Below are positions 1 through 8,622 of a stretch of DNA of 64,000 nt, in pieces (within the stretch, counting starts at the first letter, position 1; every line of letters starts with the position of its first letter). The position numbers were made by a program, and so were the translations under genes. Under the pieces are notes generated by a model, which was given only the letters and a program-made list of their open reading frames with translations, did no database searches and was not told where the DNA came from. Source of the DNA: Chloroflexota bacterium (GTDB taxonomy: Bacteria > Chloroflexota > Limnocylindria > Limnocylindrales > CSP1-4); contig JBIQKJ010000005.1 in NCBI GenBank assembly GCA_044506615.1, forward strand, positions 568 to 64,567, read 5' to 3'.

Positions 1-410
1 ATGCGGGCTGCGCCCACCCGGAGATCGGTGAGGACCCGCAGGTCATCCCCGCAGTCTCCGTCGTGTCGTTCTGGGCGAGCTAGCTTCTCGCCCTGCGCCT
101 CATGGCCCGATGTTCCGGTGTCGGGTGTCCGCCAGCCCGTCGGGTCATGACCTTCTGGCCGTTTCGGCCCGACAGCATCGTGGAAGCGGATTGGCGTTCA
201 ACAGCCGGTGCCCGATCGGCCATCCCGGACCCCCGGCGAGGCCGCCTGAAGGCTGCGTCACCCTCCGAGGTGCGGGACGTTCAGCGCCTGCGCTGCGTCG
301 CCGCTGATCCGACCTGTCGCGCGACGCGTGGCCTTGGTTTCAGCAGAGAAGTGTGCCGATTTGTGCTCACCCGCCACTCGGGGTAGCACTGCGCATAGCG
401 CGGGAGACTT
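1..410 (-). ncRNA. Putative group I intron in the tRNA (3' part outside the window)
   Basis: P4-like pair CUGCUG (346-341)/CAGCGG (306-301) with AAAC after the 5' strand and GAU before the 3' strand. R-like CGACGGAGACUG (63-52). P2-like hairpin GUGCUACCC...GGGUGAGCAC. Possible 3-bp P1 CGC/GCG. The S element is not in the window. Confidence 0.55.
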
Positions 411-445
411 GCGAAACAGCTGCTCTACCGCTGAGCTATGTCGGC
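411..445 (-). tRNA. 5' half of a tRNA (Thr-type acceptor stem), interrupted in the anticodon loop
   Basis: Minus strand reads GCCGACA-TA-GCTC-AGCGGTA-GAGC-A-GCTGT-TT-CGC: acceptor 5' strand, perfect D-arm, 5' anticodon stem and loop. The matching 3' half (ACAGC..., T-arm) is not found in positions 1-410. Confidence 0.8.
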
Positions 446-552
446 GTCGCACGAGATGCTCAGCGTGCACCTGCTCATGTGATCGGCCAGCGCCTACCGC
501 CGGTCGTGCGTGGATTGGAAGCAGTGCTCGCCGGGAAACTGGGACTTCCTGG

Positions 553-578
553 GGAAACTGAACGAAAACTGAAACGTC
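553..578 (+). promoter_or_regulatory. Putative ECF-sigma promoter GGAAAC-N16-CGTC
   Basis: GGAAAC at 553-558, 16-nt spacer, CGTC at 575-578, 9 nt before the ATG at 588. Confidence 0.45.
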
Positions 579-587
579 CCTTGGTCG

Positions 588-1487
588 ATGCTGGGCGTCG
601 GGCGCATGTCCGGCGGCCAGCGTCCTCATGTGGCCGTGGAGCGGCTCCTGCACCGCATCCTCCCCGGGCGGCTCCGCCGCGCCCTCAAGGGTCCCTGGCG
701 CGGCGCGCAGCAGTGGCTCCTCACCGGCGATCGTGTCACCTGCCCGATCTGCGGCGGGCACTACCGGCGACTCCTCCCACGCCACGGCCGGCCGGATCAG
801 CAGTGTCCCGGCTGCAGCTCGCTCGTTCGGCATCGGGCGCTCTGGCTGTACCTCGAGCGCGTCCTCGACATCGGTCGGCGTCCGATGCGGATCCTCCACG
901 TCGCCCCTGAGCCCGGCATCTCTCGGCGGATCCTGGCCAGCGGCGCCGACTACGTCGCGGGCGACATCGACCCGATGCCTGGCTTCCGCCGCATCGACGT
1001 GACCGACATCGCCTTCCCGGATGGGTCGTTCGACCTCGTGATCTGCAGTCACGTCCTGGAGCACGTGCCCGACGACCGTCGCGCGATCCGCGAGATCGAC
1101 CGGGTGCTGCGCGCGGATGGGACCGCGCTGATCGTGGTCCCCGTGAAGGACGGTCCCACGATCGAGTTCCTTGCCTCGGACGGGGATCCCGGCCACGCGC
1201 CGCGATCGGATCCGGCGGCGGAGGGGGCGGACGGGCCCGCCGCCCACCGCCGGGTCGGAGACCACGGCCACGTCCGCCAGGTCGGTACGGACTACGTGGA
1301 CCGGCTGCGCGACGCAAACTTGGAGGTCGAGGTCGTCGACTACGCCACCACCCTCTCGAGCGCGGAGCGGGACAGGTTCGCGATCGAGCCCGGCGAGCCG
1401 ATCTTCGTCTGCCACCATCGCGCGGGTCGGGACACCCGCCGGGAAGCTGCCCTCGCCACCGCCGCCGAGCATTCCCCAGCCGGGTAG
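588..1487 (+). CDS. Class I SAM-dependent methyltransferase with N-terminal Zn-ribbon (CPIC...CPGC)
   Basis: LHVAPE, YVAGDI, DVTDIAFPDGSFDLVICSHVLEHV motifs of type-11-like methyltransferases. Confidence 0.85.
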   Translation: MLGVGRMSGGQRPHVAVERLLHRILPGRLRRALKGPWRGAQQWLLTGDRVTCPICGGHYRRLLPRHGRPDQQCPGCSSLVRHRALWLYLERVLDIGRRPMRILHVAPEPGISRRILASGADYVAGDIDPMPGFRRIDVTDIAFPDGSFDLVICSHVLEHVPDDRRAIREIDRVLRADGTALIVVPVKDGPTIEFLASDGDPGHAPRSDPAAEGADGPAAHRRVGDHGHVRQVGTDYVDRLRDANLEVEVVDYATTLSSAERDRFAIEPGEPIFVCHHRAGRDTRREAALATAAEHSPAG

Positions 1488-1527
1488 GGTTGGAAGAGCC
1501 GACCGATCGGGGTGGCAGACTGTTCGG

Positions 1528-4383
1528 GTGGGCACGACCAACCCCGGTCCCTCCGGCACGCCATCGGAGCCATGGTTCCGCACGTTCGATGACGTCGCCG
1601 ACGAGCTCGGCGCCGACCTGATCGACGGCCTCACCACCGAGGACGCCGCCCGACGCCTCGCGCACCACGGCCCGAACCGGCTCGAGGCGGCCGCTGCCGA
1701 CCCGGCCTGGCGTCGGTTCCTCGCGCAGTTCGCCGACCCGCTCGTCTACCTGCTGCTCCTCGCCGTGGCGATCTCGACGCTCGTCTGGCTGGCGGAAGGC
1801 GCCCACGATCTTCCCTACGAGACCATCGTGATCGGCGCGATCGTGCTGCTCAATGCCGTCCTCGGGTTCGTGCAGGAGGCGCGCGCCGAGCAGGCCGTGG
1901 CGGCGCTCCAGCGGATGGCCGCGCCGTCGGCCGGCATTGTCCGGAACGGCGGGACGACCCGCATCCCCGCAGCGGACATCGTCCCGGGCGACGTGCTCGT
2001 GCTCGCCGAGGGCGATGCGGTGCCGGCCGATGCCCGGCTCGTCGAGGCGGCTTCGCTCACGGTGGCCGAAGCGTCGCTGACCGGCGAATCCGAGCCCGTC
2101 GTGAAGGCGACCGCCACGCTCGACGCCCCCGCCGGCATCGGCGACCGGACCAACATGGTCTTCGCGGGTACGGCGGTGACCCGCGGCCGTGGCCGGGCGG
2201 TCGTCACCGCGACCGGCATGGCGACCGAGATGGGCACGATCGCCCGGTTGCTCGGTGAGACCGACGAGGGGCGCACGCCGCTCCAGCGCGAGGTCGACCA
2301 GATCGGGAAGGCGCTCGGCGTCGCGGTCATCGCGATCGCGATCGTCGTCATCGGCGCGATCCTGCTGACCGAGGACATCTCGGAGCCCGGCGACTTCGTG
2401 TCGGTGTTGCTCGTCGGCGTGTCCCTCGCGGTGGCGGCCGTGCCCGAGGGCCTGCCGGCGATCCTGTCGGTCGTGCTCGCGCTCGGCGTCCAGCGGATGG
2501 CCCGGCAGCGCGCGATCGTCAAGAAGCTGGCCTCGGTCGAGACGCTCGGCTCGGCGTCGGTCATCTGCTCGGACAAGACCGGGACGCTGACGAAGAACGA
2601 GATGACGATCGAGGCGATCGTCACGGGCTCGGCCGAGATCGAGGTGACCGGCTCGGGCTACCGGCCGGACGGCGAGCTCCGGGTCGACGGCGCACCGCTC
2701 GAGGACGAGAAGCTCCTCGACGAGGTCCGACGGGTCCTCGCCGGCGGCAGCCTGGCCAACGACGCGACGCTCCACGAGCAGGACGGCACGTGGACGATCC
2801 AGGGCGACCCGACCGAGGCGGCTTTCCTGGTGGCCGAGCACAAGGTGCCCGGGCTTCGCGACGCCCGGCGATCGCGGTTCGAGCGCGTCGGGGAGGTCCC
2901 CTTTACGTCGGAGCGCAAGCTCATGAGCACGGTCGAGGTGGACGCGTCGGGCGAGTTCGGGCTGGCGCTCGTCACGAAGGGTGCGCCCGACGTCCTGCTC
3001 GGCCGATGCACCACGGAGTTCGTCGCGGGCGAGCTCCGACCGCTCACCGACGATCGGCGACGCCAGATCCTCGACGCGGTCGACGGGCTTGCCGACCGCG
3101 CGCTGCGCACGCTCGCCGTCGCCTACCGGCCGCTCGGCGAGCATGACGGCGCGCGGTCCGCGGCGGACGAGTCGATCGAGGACGACGAGGTGTACCTCGG
3201 GGCGGTCGGGATCATCGATCCCCCGCGGCCCGAGGTGCGCGACGCGATCGTGACCGCCCAGCGAGCGGGGATCCGCGTGCTGATGATCACCGGCGACCAC
3301 CCGCGGACCGCGCTCCGCATCGCCGAGGACCTCGGGATCGTGGGTCCCGGCGCGCGCGTCGTCCGCGGCGCCGAGCTCGAGGAGGTCGACGACGAGCGGC
3401 TGCGCGGCCTCGTCCGCGAGGCCTCGGTCTACGCCCGGGTCGCCCCGGAGCACAAGCTGCGGATCGTGGACGCGCTCCAAGCCGACGGCCACATCGTCGC
3501 CATGACCGGCGACGGCGTGAACGACGCGCCGGCGCTCAAGAGCGCCGACATCGGGGTCGCGATGGGGATCACCGGCACGGACGTCACCAAGGAAGCCGCC
3601 GACATGATCCTTGCCGACGACAACTTCGCGACGATCGTGGCGGCCGTCCGCGAGGGGCGCGGGATCTTCGCGAACATCCGGACGTTCCTGCGGTTCCTGC
3701 TCTCGTCGAACATCGGCGAGGTGCTGACGATGCTTCTCGGCGTGCTGCTCGCGGGCGCGCTGGGGCTGGCGGCGACCGGCGAGGCCGTGGCGGTGCCGCT
3801 GCTCGCGACCCAGATCCTGTGGATCAACCTGCTCACCGACAGCGCGCCCGCCCTCGCGCTGGGTGTCGATCCGCCGCCCGACGACGTGATGGAGCGTCGA
3901 CCGCGCCGGCTCACCGACCGCGTGATCGACCGCACGATGTGGGTGGGGATCCTGTTCGTCGGCTCCGTGATGGCGGTGGTCACGCTCGTCGCGCTCGACC
4001 TGGGCCTCGCGGGCGGCCTGCTGGGCGGCGACGGCGACATCACGCTCGGGCGGACGATGGCGTTCACGACGCTCGTGCTCGCCCAGCTGTTCAACTGCTT
4101 CAACGCCCGGTCGGACCGGGTGAGCGCGTTCCACCGGCTCTTCACGAACCCCCTCCTGTGGGGGGCCGTCGGGCTATCGGTGGTGCTTCAGGTCGCGGTG
4201 GTCCACCTGGCGTTCCTCAACGAGGCGTTCGGGACGACGCCGCTGACGCCGGGCGAGTGGCTCACGTGTTTCGCGCTGGCGAGCGTCGTGCTCTGGGCGG
4301 ACGAGGCGAAGAAGCTCGTCGAGCGGCGGCTGCGGCGCCGGTCCGAAGCCGGGAGCAACGTCCCGGCGCCGCGCACGCCGTAG
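1528..4383 (+). CDS. Cation-transporting P-type ATPase (Ca2+/Na+-type, P2A-like)
   Basis: TGES, VPEGL, DKTGTLT phosphorylation site, KGAPD, MITGD and GDGVND motifs. Start placed at GTG 1528, 6 nt after a CAGACT -10-like box. Confidence 0.95.
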   Translation: MGTTNPGPSGTPSEPWFRTFDDVADELGADLIDGLTTEDAARRLAHHGPNRLEAAAADPAWRRFLAQFADPLVYLLLLAVAISTLVWLAEGAHDLPYETIVIGAIVLLNAVLGFVQEARAEQAVAALQRMAAPSAGIVRNGGTTRIPAADIVPGDVLVLAEGDAVPADARLVEAASLTVAEASLTGESEPVVKATATLDAPAGIGDRTNMVFAGTAVTRGRGRAVVTATGMATEMGTIARLLGETDEGRTPLQREVDQIGKALGVAVIAIAIVVIGAILLTEDISEPGDFVSVLLVGVSLAVAAVPEGLPAILSVVLALGVQRMARQRAIVKKLASVETLGSASVICSDKTGTLTKNEMTIEAIVTGSAEIEVTGSGYRPDGELRVDGAPLEDEKLLDEVRRVLAGGSLANDATLHEQDGTWTIQGDPTEAAFLVAEHKVPGLRDARRSRFERVGEVPFTSERKLMSTVEVDASGEFGLALVTKGAPDVLLGRCTTEFVAGELRPLTDDRRRQILDAVDGLADRALRTLAVAYRPLGEHDGARSAADESIEDDEVYLGAVGIIDPPRPEVRDAIVTAQRAGIRVLMITGDHPRTALRIAEDLGIVGPGARVVRGAELEEVDDERLRGLVREASVYARVAPEHKLRIVDALQADGHIVAMTGDGVNDAPALKSADIGVAMGITGTDVTKEAADMILADDNFATIVAAVREGRGIFANIRTFLRFLLSSNIGEVLTMLLGVLLAGALGLAATGEAVAVPLLATQILWINLLTDSAPALALGVDPPPDDVMERRPRRLTDRVIDRTMWVGILFVGSVMAVVTLVALDLGLAGGLLGGDGDITLGRTMAFTTLVLAQLFNCFNARSDRVSAFHRLFTNPLLWGAVGLSVVLQVAVVHLAFLNEAFGTTPLTPGEWLTCFALASVVLWADEAKKLVERRLRRRSEAGSNVPAPRTP

Positions 4384-4400
4384 GTGGTGGCCGGGTCGCC

Positions 4401-4664
4401 CTAGCGGACGGCCTCCGCGAGGTCGGCGGGCGACGTCACCGGCCCCATCGGGAAGGCAAGGCCGATGTGGTCGACGCCGTCGTCGGCGAGGTCGACCTCC
4501 GTGAAGCACGTGCACAGGTGGCGCATCGCGCACGCCTCGCAGCAGTAGGCCTGGTCCGCGACGAAGCGCGGGCTGGTCGAGAACGACCGATGGCAGTTGG
4601 CGCAGCGGTCCATGCGCGAGTGAGGCATGACGGGCGAGGTCCTTTCGATGGTGACGGAGCTCAT
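4401..4664 (-). CDS. Small Cys-rich metal-binding protein (CxxC...YCCxxC...CxC)
   Basis: 87 aa. ATG overlaps the gdhA stop (ATGA). Shares its Cys pattern with the ORF at 6193. Confidence 0.7.
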   Translation of the reverse strand: MSSVTIERTSPVMPHSRMDRCANCHRSFSTSPRFVADQAYCCEACAMRHLCTCFTEVDLADDGVDHIGLAFPMGPVTSPADLAEAVR

Positions 4665-5929
4665 GGATAGAGACCCCGAAGGCGGGTGGCCGAGGCGACG
4701 CGCTCGACCGCGATCGCGTGGGCGGCCAGGCGCGGCGGGATGCCGTCGGCGGCGGCTCGCTCCCCGACCGCTTCGGCTGCCGCGAGGATCTGGCGGCGCA
4801 GCCGCTCGTTCACCTCGTCGAGCGTCCACGACAGCGCGGCGCGGTTCTGCGCCCACTCGAAGTAGCTGACGATCACGCCGCCCGCGTTGCACAGGATGTC
4901 CGGCAGGACCGTGACGCCGTTGGCGGCGAGGATCGGATCGGCGTCCGGGCTGACCGGGCCGTTGGCGGCCTCGGCCAGGATCCGGGCACCGACCGTGGCC
5001 GCGTTGCCGGCCGTGACCTGGCCCTCGAGCGCGGCGAGGACGAGCACGTCGACCTCGAGCGCGAAGAGGCGGTCGTTGTCGATCGGCTCGGTGTCGGGGG
5101 CGTCGGCGACGGTGCCGTGCTCCTGGAGGTAGCGCGACAGGAACGGGACGTCGAGCCCGCCCGGGCGGTAGACGCCGCCGGCGATGTCGGTGATCGCGAC
5201 GACGCGAGCACCGCGCTCGTGGAGGAGGCGCGCGGTCGCCTCGCCGACGTTTCCGAACCCCTGGACCGCGACGGTTGCCCCGGCAAGGTCGAAGCCGGCG
5301 CGGCGGACGGCGTCCTCGATGCAGTACACGACGCCCTGGCCGGTCGCGTCGGCACGACCGACGGACCCGCCGACGGCGAGCGGCTTGCCCGTGACGACGC
5401 CGGGGACCGAGTACCCGCGGTGCATCGACACCGTGTCCATGATCCAGGCCATCGTCTGGGCGTTGGTCCCGACGTCGGGAGCGGGAATGTCCGAGTCCGG
5501 TCCGATGATCCCCTCGAGCTCCGTCGCGAACCGTCGGGTGAGGGCCTCGAGCTCCTTCGCGCTCATCGCGCGCGGGTCGCAGGTGACACCGCCCTTCGCG
5601 CCGCCGAACGGCACATCGACGAGCGCGCACTTCCAGCTCATCCACATGGCCAGCGCACGAACGTCGTCGAGATCGGTCTGGGGGTGGTAGCGGAGGCCGC
5701 CCTTGGCCGGACCGCGGGCGACGTTGTGCTGCACGCGATAGCCGCTGAAGACGCGGGTCGAGCCGTCGTCGAGCTTCACCGGGAAGTTCACGGTGTATTC
5801 GCGATGCGGCGTCCTCAGGATCTCGCGCAGGTCGCGGTCGAGGTCGAGGTGCTCGGCGGCGGCGTCGAACTGCTCGAGCGCTGCGGCATAGGCGCGGGCG
5901 CCCTGCGCTCGCTTGGTCTCGTCGATCAT
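4661..5929 (-). CDS. gdhA: Glu/Leu/Phe/Val dehydrogenase (glutamate dehydrogenase)
   Basis: GPAKGGLRY, FGGAKGG, DIPAPDV, VQGFGNVG motifs. GGAG RBS before MIDETK. Confidence 0.95.
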   Translation of the reverse strand: MIDETKRAQGARAYAAALEQFDAAAEHLDLDRDLREILRTPHREYTVNFPVKLDDGSTRVFSGYRVQHNVARGPAKGGLRYHPQTDLDDVRALAMWMSWKCALVDVPFGGAKGGVTCDPRAMSAKELEALTRRFATELEGIIGPDSDIPAPDVGTNAQTMAWIMDTVSMHRGYSVPGVVTGKPLAVGGSVGRADATGQGVVYCIEDAVRRAGFDLAGATVAVQGFGNVGEATARLLHERGARVVAITDIAGGVYRPGGLDVPFLSRYLQEHGTVADAPDTEPIDNDRLFALEVDVLVLAALEGQVTAGNAATVGARILAEAANGPVSPDADPILAANGVTVLPDILCNAGGVIVSYFEWAQNRAALSWTLDEVNERLRRQILAAAEAVGERAAADGIPPRLAAHAIAVERVASATRLRGLYP

Positions 5930-6031
5930 GAAGGCCACTCCAGGTACGACCGGACGATGGCCGGCCGGGGCCGGCGCGGTGTCGTGACCTCTACGCTCCC
6001 GCGCGCGGGCGAACATCGGACGAGACGAACA

Positions 6032-6064
6032 TGAACGTTGCGTGAACGTTGCCTTGCGGTTGCG
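6032..6064. promoter_or_regulatory. Tandem direct repeat TGAACGTTGC x2 (11-bp period) plus further TTGC units in a divergent promoter region
   Basis: TGAACGTTGC at 6032-6041 and 6043-6052; TTGCGG at 6055 and 6061. Confidence 0.55.
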
Positions 6065-6192
6065 GTTCGGTGGAATTCATGGCCCGTTCACGCTCGTTCC
6101 CGGGTCTTGTCCCGAGCGGCTCATAGGGTTGCAGTCGGGACGCGAAGCCTGACGCATGCGGCGGCGCGTCCCGCCAACGTACGAGGCCCGCG

Positions 6193-6420
6193 ATGACCCA
6201 GCCCCACCCACACACCGCGTGGACGTGTGCTACCTGCCACGTCGACATCCGCCACCGACCGACGTTCCACGTCGGCGTGGCGTTCTGCTGCGCCGGCTGC
6301 GTCGCCGACGGGCCGTGCATCTGTTCGTATGACGAGGAGCCAGACGATGTCGCTGCCGAACCCCCGGCCGCTCGACCAGTGGCCAATGACCACCGAGGCC
6401 TGGTCCGCGCTGCGCGCTGA
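6193..6420 (+). CDS. Small Cys-rich metal-binding protein (CxxC...FCCxxC...CxC)
   Basis: 75 aa, CATC...FCCAGC...CIC. GAGG RBS. Paralog of 4401-4664. Confidence 0.7.
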   Translation: MTQPHPHTAWTCATCHVDIRHRPTFHVGVAFCCAGCVADGPCICSYDEEPDDVAAEPPAARPVANDHRGLVRAAR

Positions 6421-6769
6421 GCTGGACCGCCTCGACGCCGAGCTCGCCGTCGCGCCCGCCCCCGGCATCGTCCGATTGCCGGTCGGCGACCCGGCCCGCC
6501 GGCGGGACCAGCTCCGCCGTGTCCGCGACGGCGCCCTGGTGGACGACACGCCCGGCGTGGCGATGATCGGCCGCCGCGTGTCGATCCGCGACGACGGGGC
6601 GGTCGAGACCTACTCATTGGTGCTGCCCGGTGACGGCGATCCATCGCAGGGCTGGGTTTCCGCGGATTCGCCGCTCGGGGCGGCCGTGCTGGGCGCCACC
6701 CCCGGGCAGCGGGTCGAAGTCTTCGCGCCCGCGGGGCCTCGCGAGATCGAGGTCACCGCGGTCGAGTGA
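6347..6769 (+). CDS. GreA/GreB/Rnk-family protein with shortened coiled coil
   Basis: C-terminal domain IGRRVSI...YSLVLPGDGDPSQGWVSADSPLGAAVLG...VFAPAG. GAGGAG RBS at 6334-6339. Confidence 0.85.
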   Translation: MSLPNPRPLDQWPMTTEAWSALRAELDRLDAELAVAPAPGIVRLPVGDPARRRDQLRRVRDGALVDDTPGVAMIGRRVSIRDDGAVETYSLVLPGDGDPSQGWVSADSPLGAAVLGATPGQRVEVFAPAGPREIEVTAVE

Positions 6770-6838
6770 CATGCTGAACGCAGTCGCGCCGACGGCGGTT
6801 GCCGCCGGGGCGTGACGACCGCATATGCTGGACCGGTC

Positions 6839-7825
6839 ATGGCCACGACACCTGACCGGGTCCCGCTGGCATCGGCGGCGCTCGGGCTGATCGGGGAGGG
6901 GACGACCCCCGGGACGCTCGAGCGCCGCTTCGAATCCGCCGGCGCACGCCTCGATCCGGGGCTCGCCGACGGTCTCCTCGAGCACCTGCTCGAGCTCGGG
7001 CTCGTGCGGGTCGCGCGGGTCGAGGCGGGCGAACGGCTCTTCGTGCTGTCGTCGCTCGGCGCGAACGCGCTCACCGAAGGCATCGGCGGGATGCCGGCCG
7101 TCGGGCTCGCCGACCTCGAGCTGCTGCGCACCGAGCTGCTGTCGACGATCGCCCACGAGCTGCGCACGCCGCTCACCGCGCTGCGCACGAGCGTCGGGCT
7201 CCTCGCCGATCCGACGTCCGCACCGAACGACGACCAGCGCCAGACGCTGCTCTCGACGATCGAGCGCAACGCCGACCGGATGCAGCGGCTGATCGGCGAC
7301 ATCCTCGAGCTGGCGCGTTTCCGATCCGGCACGATCCGGCTCCAGCTGCGTCGGTTCGACGCGTGCGAGCTGGCGAGGGCGGCGGTCGGGTCGATCGCGC
7401 CGCTCGCCGACGCGAGGCGGCAGGACCTGGTCGTCGAGGGCTGCGACGGATCCGCGCCGAGCGTGTTCGGCGACCATCGCCGGCTCGAGCAGGCGCTCGT
7501 GAACCTCGTGTCGAACGCGCAGCGGTTCTCGCCGGAGGGAGCGCGCATCACGGTTGCCGTCGGCTCGGACGGGCACCTCGTCCGCTGGCGCGTGACCGAT
7601 ACCGGCCCGGGGATCCCCGAGGCGGATCAGGCCCGGTTGTTCGAGCGCTTCTTCGTGGGCCGAAACGACCGCAACCCCGTCCGCGACGGCGTTGGCCTCG
7701 GCCTGCCGACGGCGCTCGCGATCGCCCAGGCGCACGGCGGGTCGATCGAGGTCGACAGCGTGGTCGGTCGCGGCAGCACCTTCGAGCTGGTGGTGCCGGT
7801 CATGGGGCCGGCGGAGGCGGAGTGA
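6839..7825 (+). CDS. Soluble sensor histidine kinase with N-terminal winged-helix-like domain
   Basis: H-box IAHELRTPL, N-box NLVSNA, DTGPG, GVGLGL. No TM segment. An alternative GTG start lies at 6812. Confidence 0.9.
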   Translation: MATTPDRVPLASAALGLIGEGTTPGTLERRFESAGARLDPGLADGLLEHLLELGLVRVARVEAGERLFVLSSLGANALTEGIGGMPAVGLADLELLRTELLSTIAHELRTPLTALRTSVGLLADPTSAPNDDQRQTLLSTIERNADRMQRLIGDILELARFRSGTIRLQLRRFDACELARAAVGSIAPLADARRQDLVVEGCDGSAPSVFGDHRRLEQALVNLVSNAQRFSPEGARITVAVGSDGHLVRWRVTDTGPGIPEADQARLFERFFVGRNDRNPVRDGVGLGLPTALAIAQAHGGSIEVDSVVGRGSTFELVVPVMGPAEAE

Positions 7826-8511
7826 TGCGGATCCTGGTCGTCGACGACGAACCCGACGTCATCGAGTCGGTCCGGCTCGGCTTCGAGCTCCAGTGGCGCG
7901 AGATCGACGTCCTCGGGGCCGTCGCCGGGGAGGAGGCCCTCGACGTCGTCGAGCAGGAGCACCCGGACATCGTCCTGCTCGACATCGGCCTCCCGGACAT
8001 CGACGGCTTCGAGGTCCTGCGCCGGATCCGTGCCTTCAGCGACGTCCCCGTGCTGATGCTGACCGCGCGCGACGACGCGATGGACAAGGTGAAGGGGCTC
8101 GAGCTCGGCGCCGACGACTACATCACGAAGCCGTTCAACCACCTCGAGCTGATGGCGCGCGTCAAGGCCGTGCTGCGGCGGCTGTCGATGCCGACACCGA
8201 CCAGCCGCGCGCCGTCCTTCCGGGCAGGCGACCTCGAGGTCGACTATGCGGCCCACGAGGCGCGACTCAACGGGGAGCGGCTCGAGCTCACCCCGACTGA
8301 GTACAAGCTGCTGTACCACCTCGTGCGCAACGCCGGCCACGTCCTCCAGCACGGGACGCTGCTCGCCAAGGTCTGGGGCCGCGAGTACGTCGACGAGGTC
8401 GACTACCTGCGGGTGTACATCCGGCGGCTCCGCGACAAGCTCGGCGACGACCCCGAGCGGCCGCGCTACATCCGGACCGAGCGGGGGCTTGGCTACCGGT
8501 TCATCGCCTGA
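7825..8511 (+). CDS. OmpR/KdpE-family response regulator
   Basis: MRILVVDD, LLDIGLPD, GADDYITKPF, wHTH (YIRTERGLGY). TGATG coupling to the kinase. Confidence 0.95.
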   Translation: MRILVVDDEPDVIESVRLGFELQWREIDVLGAVAGEEALDVVEQEHPDIVLLDIGLPDIDGFEVLRRIRAFSDVPVLMLTARDDAMDKVKGLELGADDYITKPFNHLELMARVKAVLRRLSMPTPTSRAPSFRAGDLEVDYAAHEARLNGERLELTPTEYKLLYHLVRNAGHVLQHGTLLAKVWGREYVDEVDYLRVYIRRLRDKLGDDPERPRYIRTERGLGYRFIA

Positions 8512-8622
8512 GCGCGTCCGCCCCGACCGGGGAGGGTCCGTCCGGCCGCGCCGCTACCTGACGATCGGCCCTTGGCCGCGGGCGCCATCGGCGGCGAGCC
8601 TCCTCCTCGAAGGGAGGCTGGC

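Noticed and set aside
411-445. Calling the tRNA as tRNA-Ala(CGC) or as tmRNA
   Set aside because: It lacks the G3 of the Ala G3-U70 identity pair and the GGGG start. The anticodon cannot be fixed without the 3' exon.
736-4134. 1,132-aa minus-strand ORF
   Set aside because: Antisense shadow of the P-type ATPase. High GC suppresses stop codons, and it has no motifs.
4718-6034. 438-aa plus-strand ORF opposite gdhA
   Set aside because: Codon-aligned antisense frame of a well-supported dehydrogenase, a common artefact.
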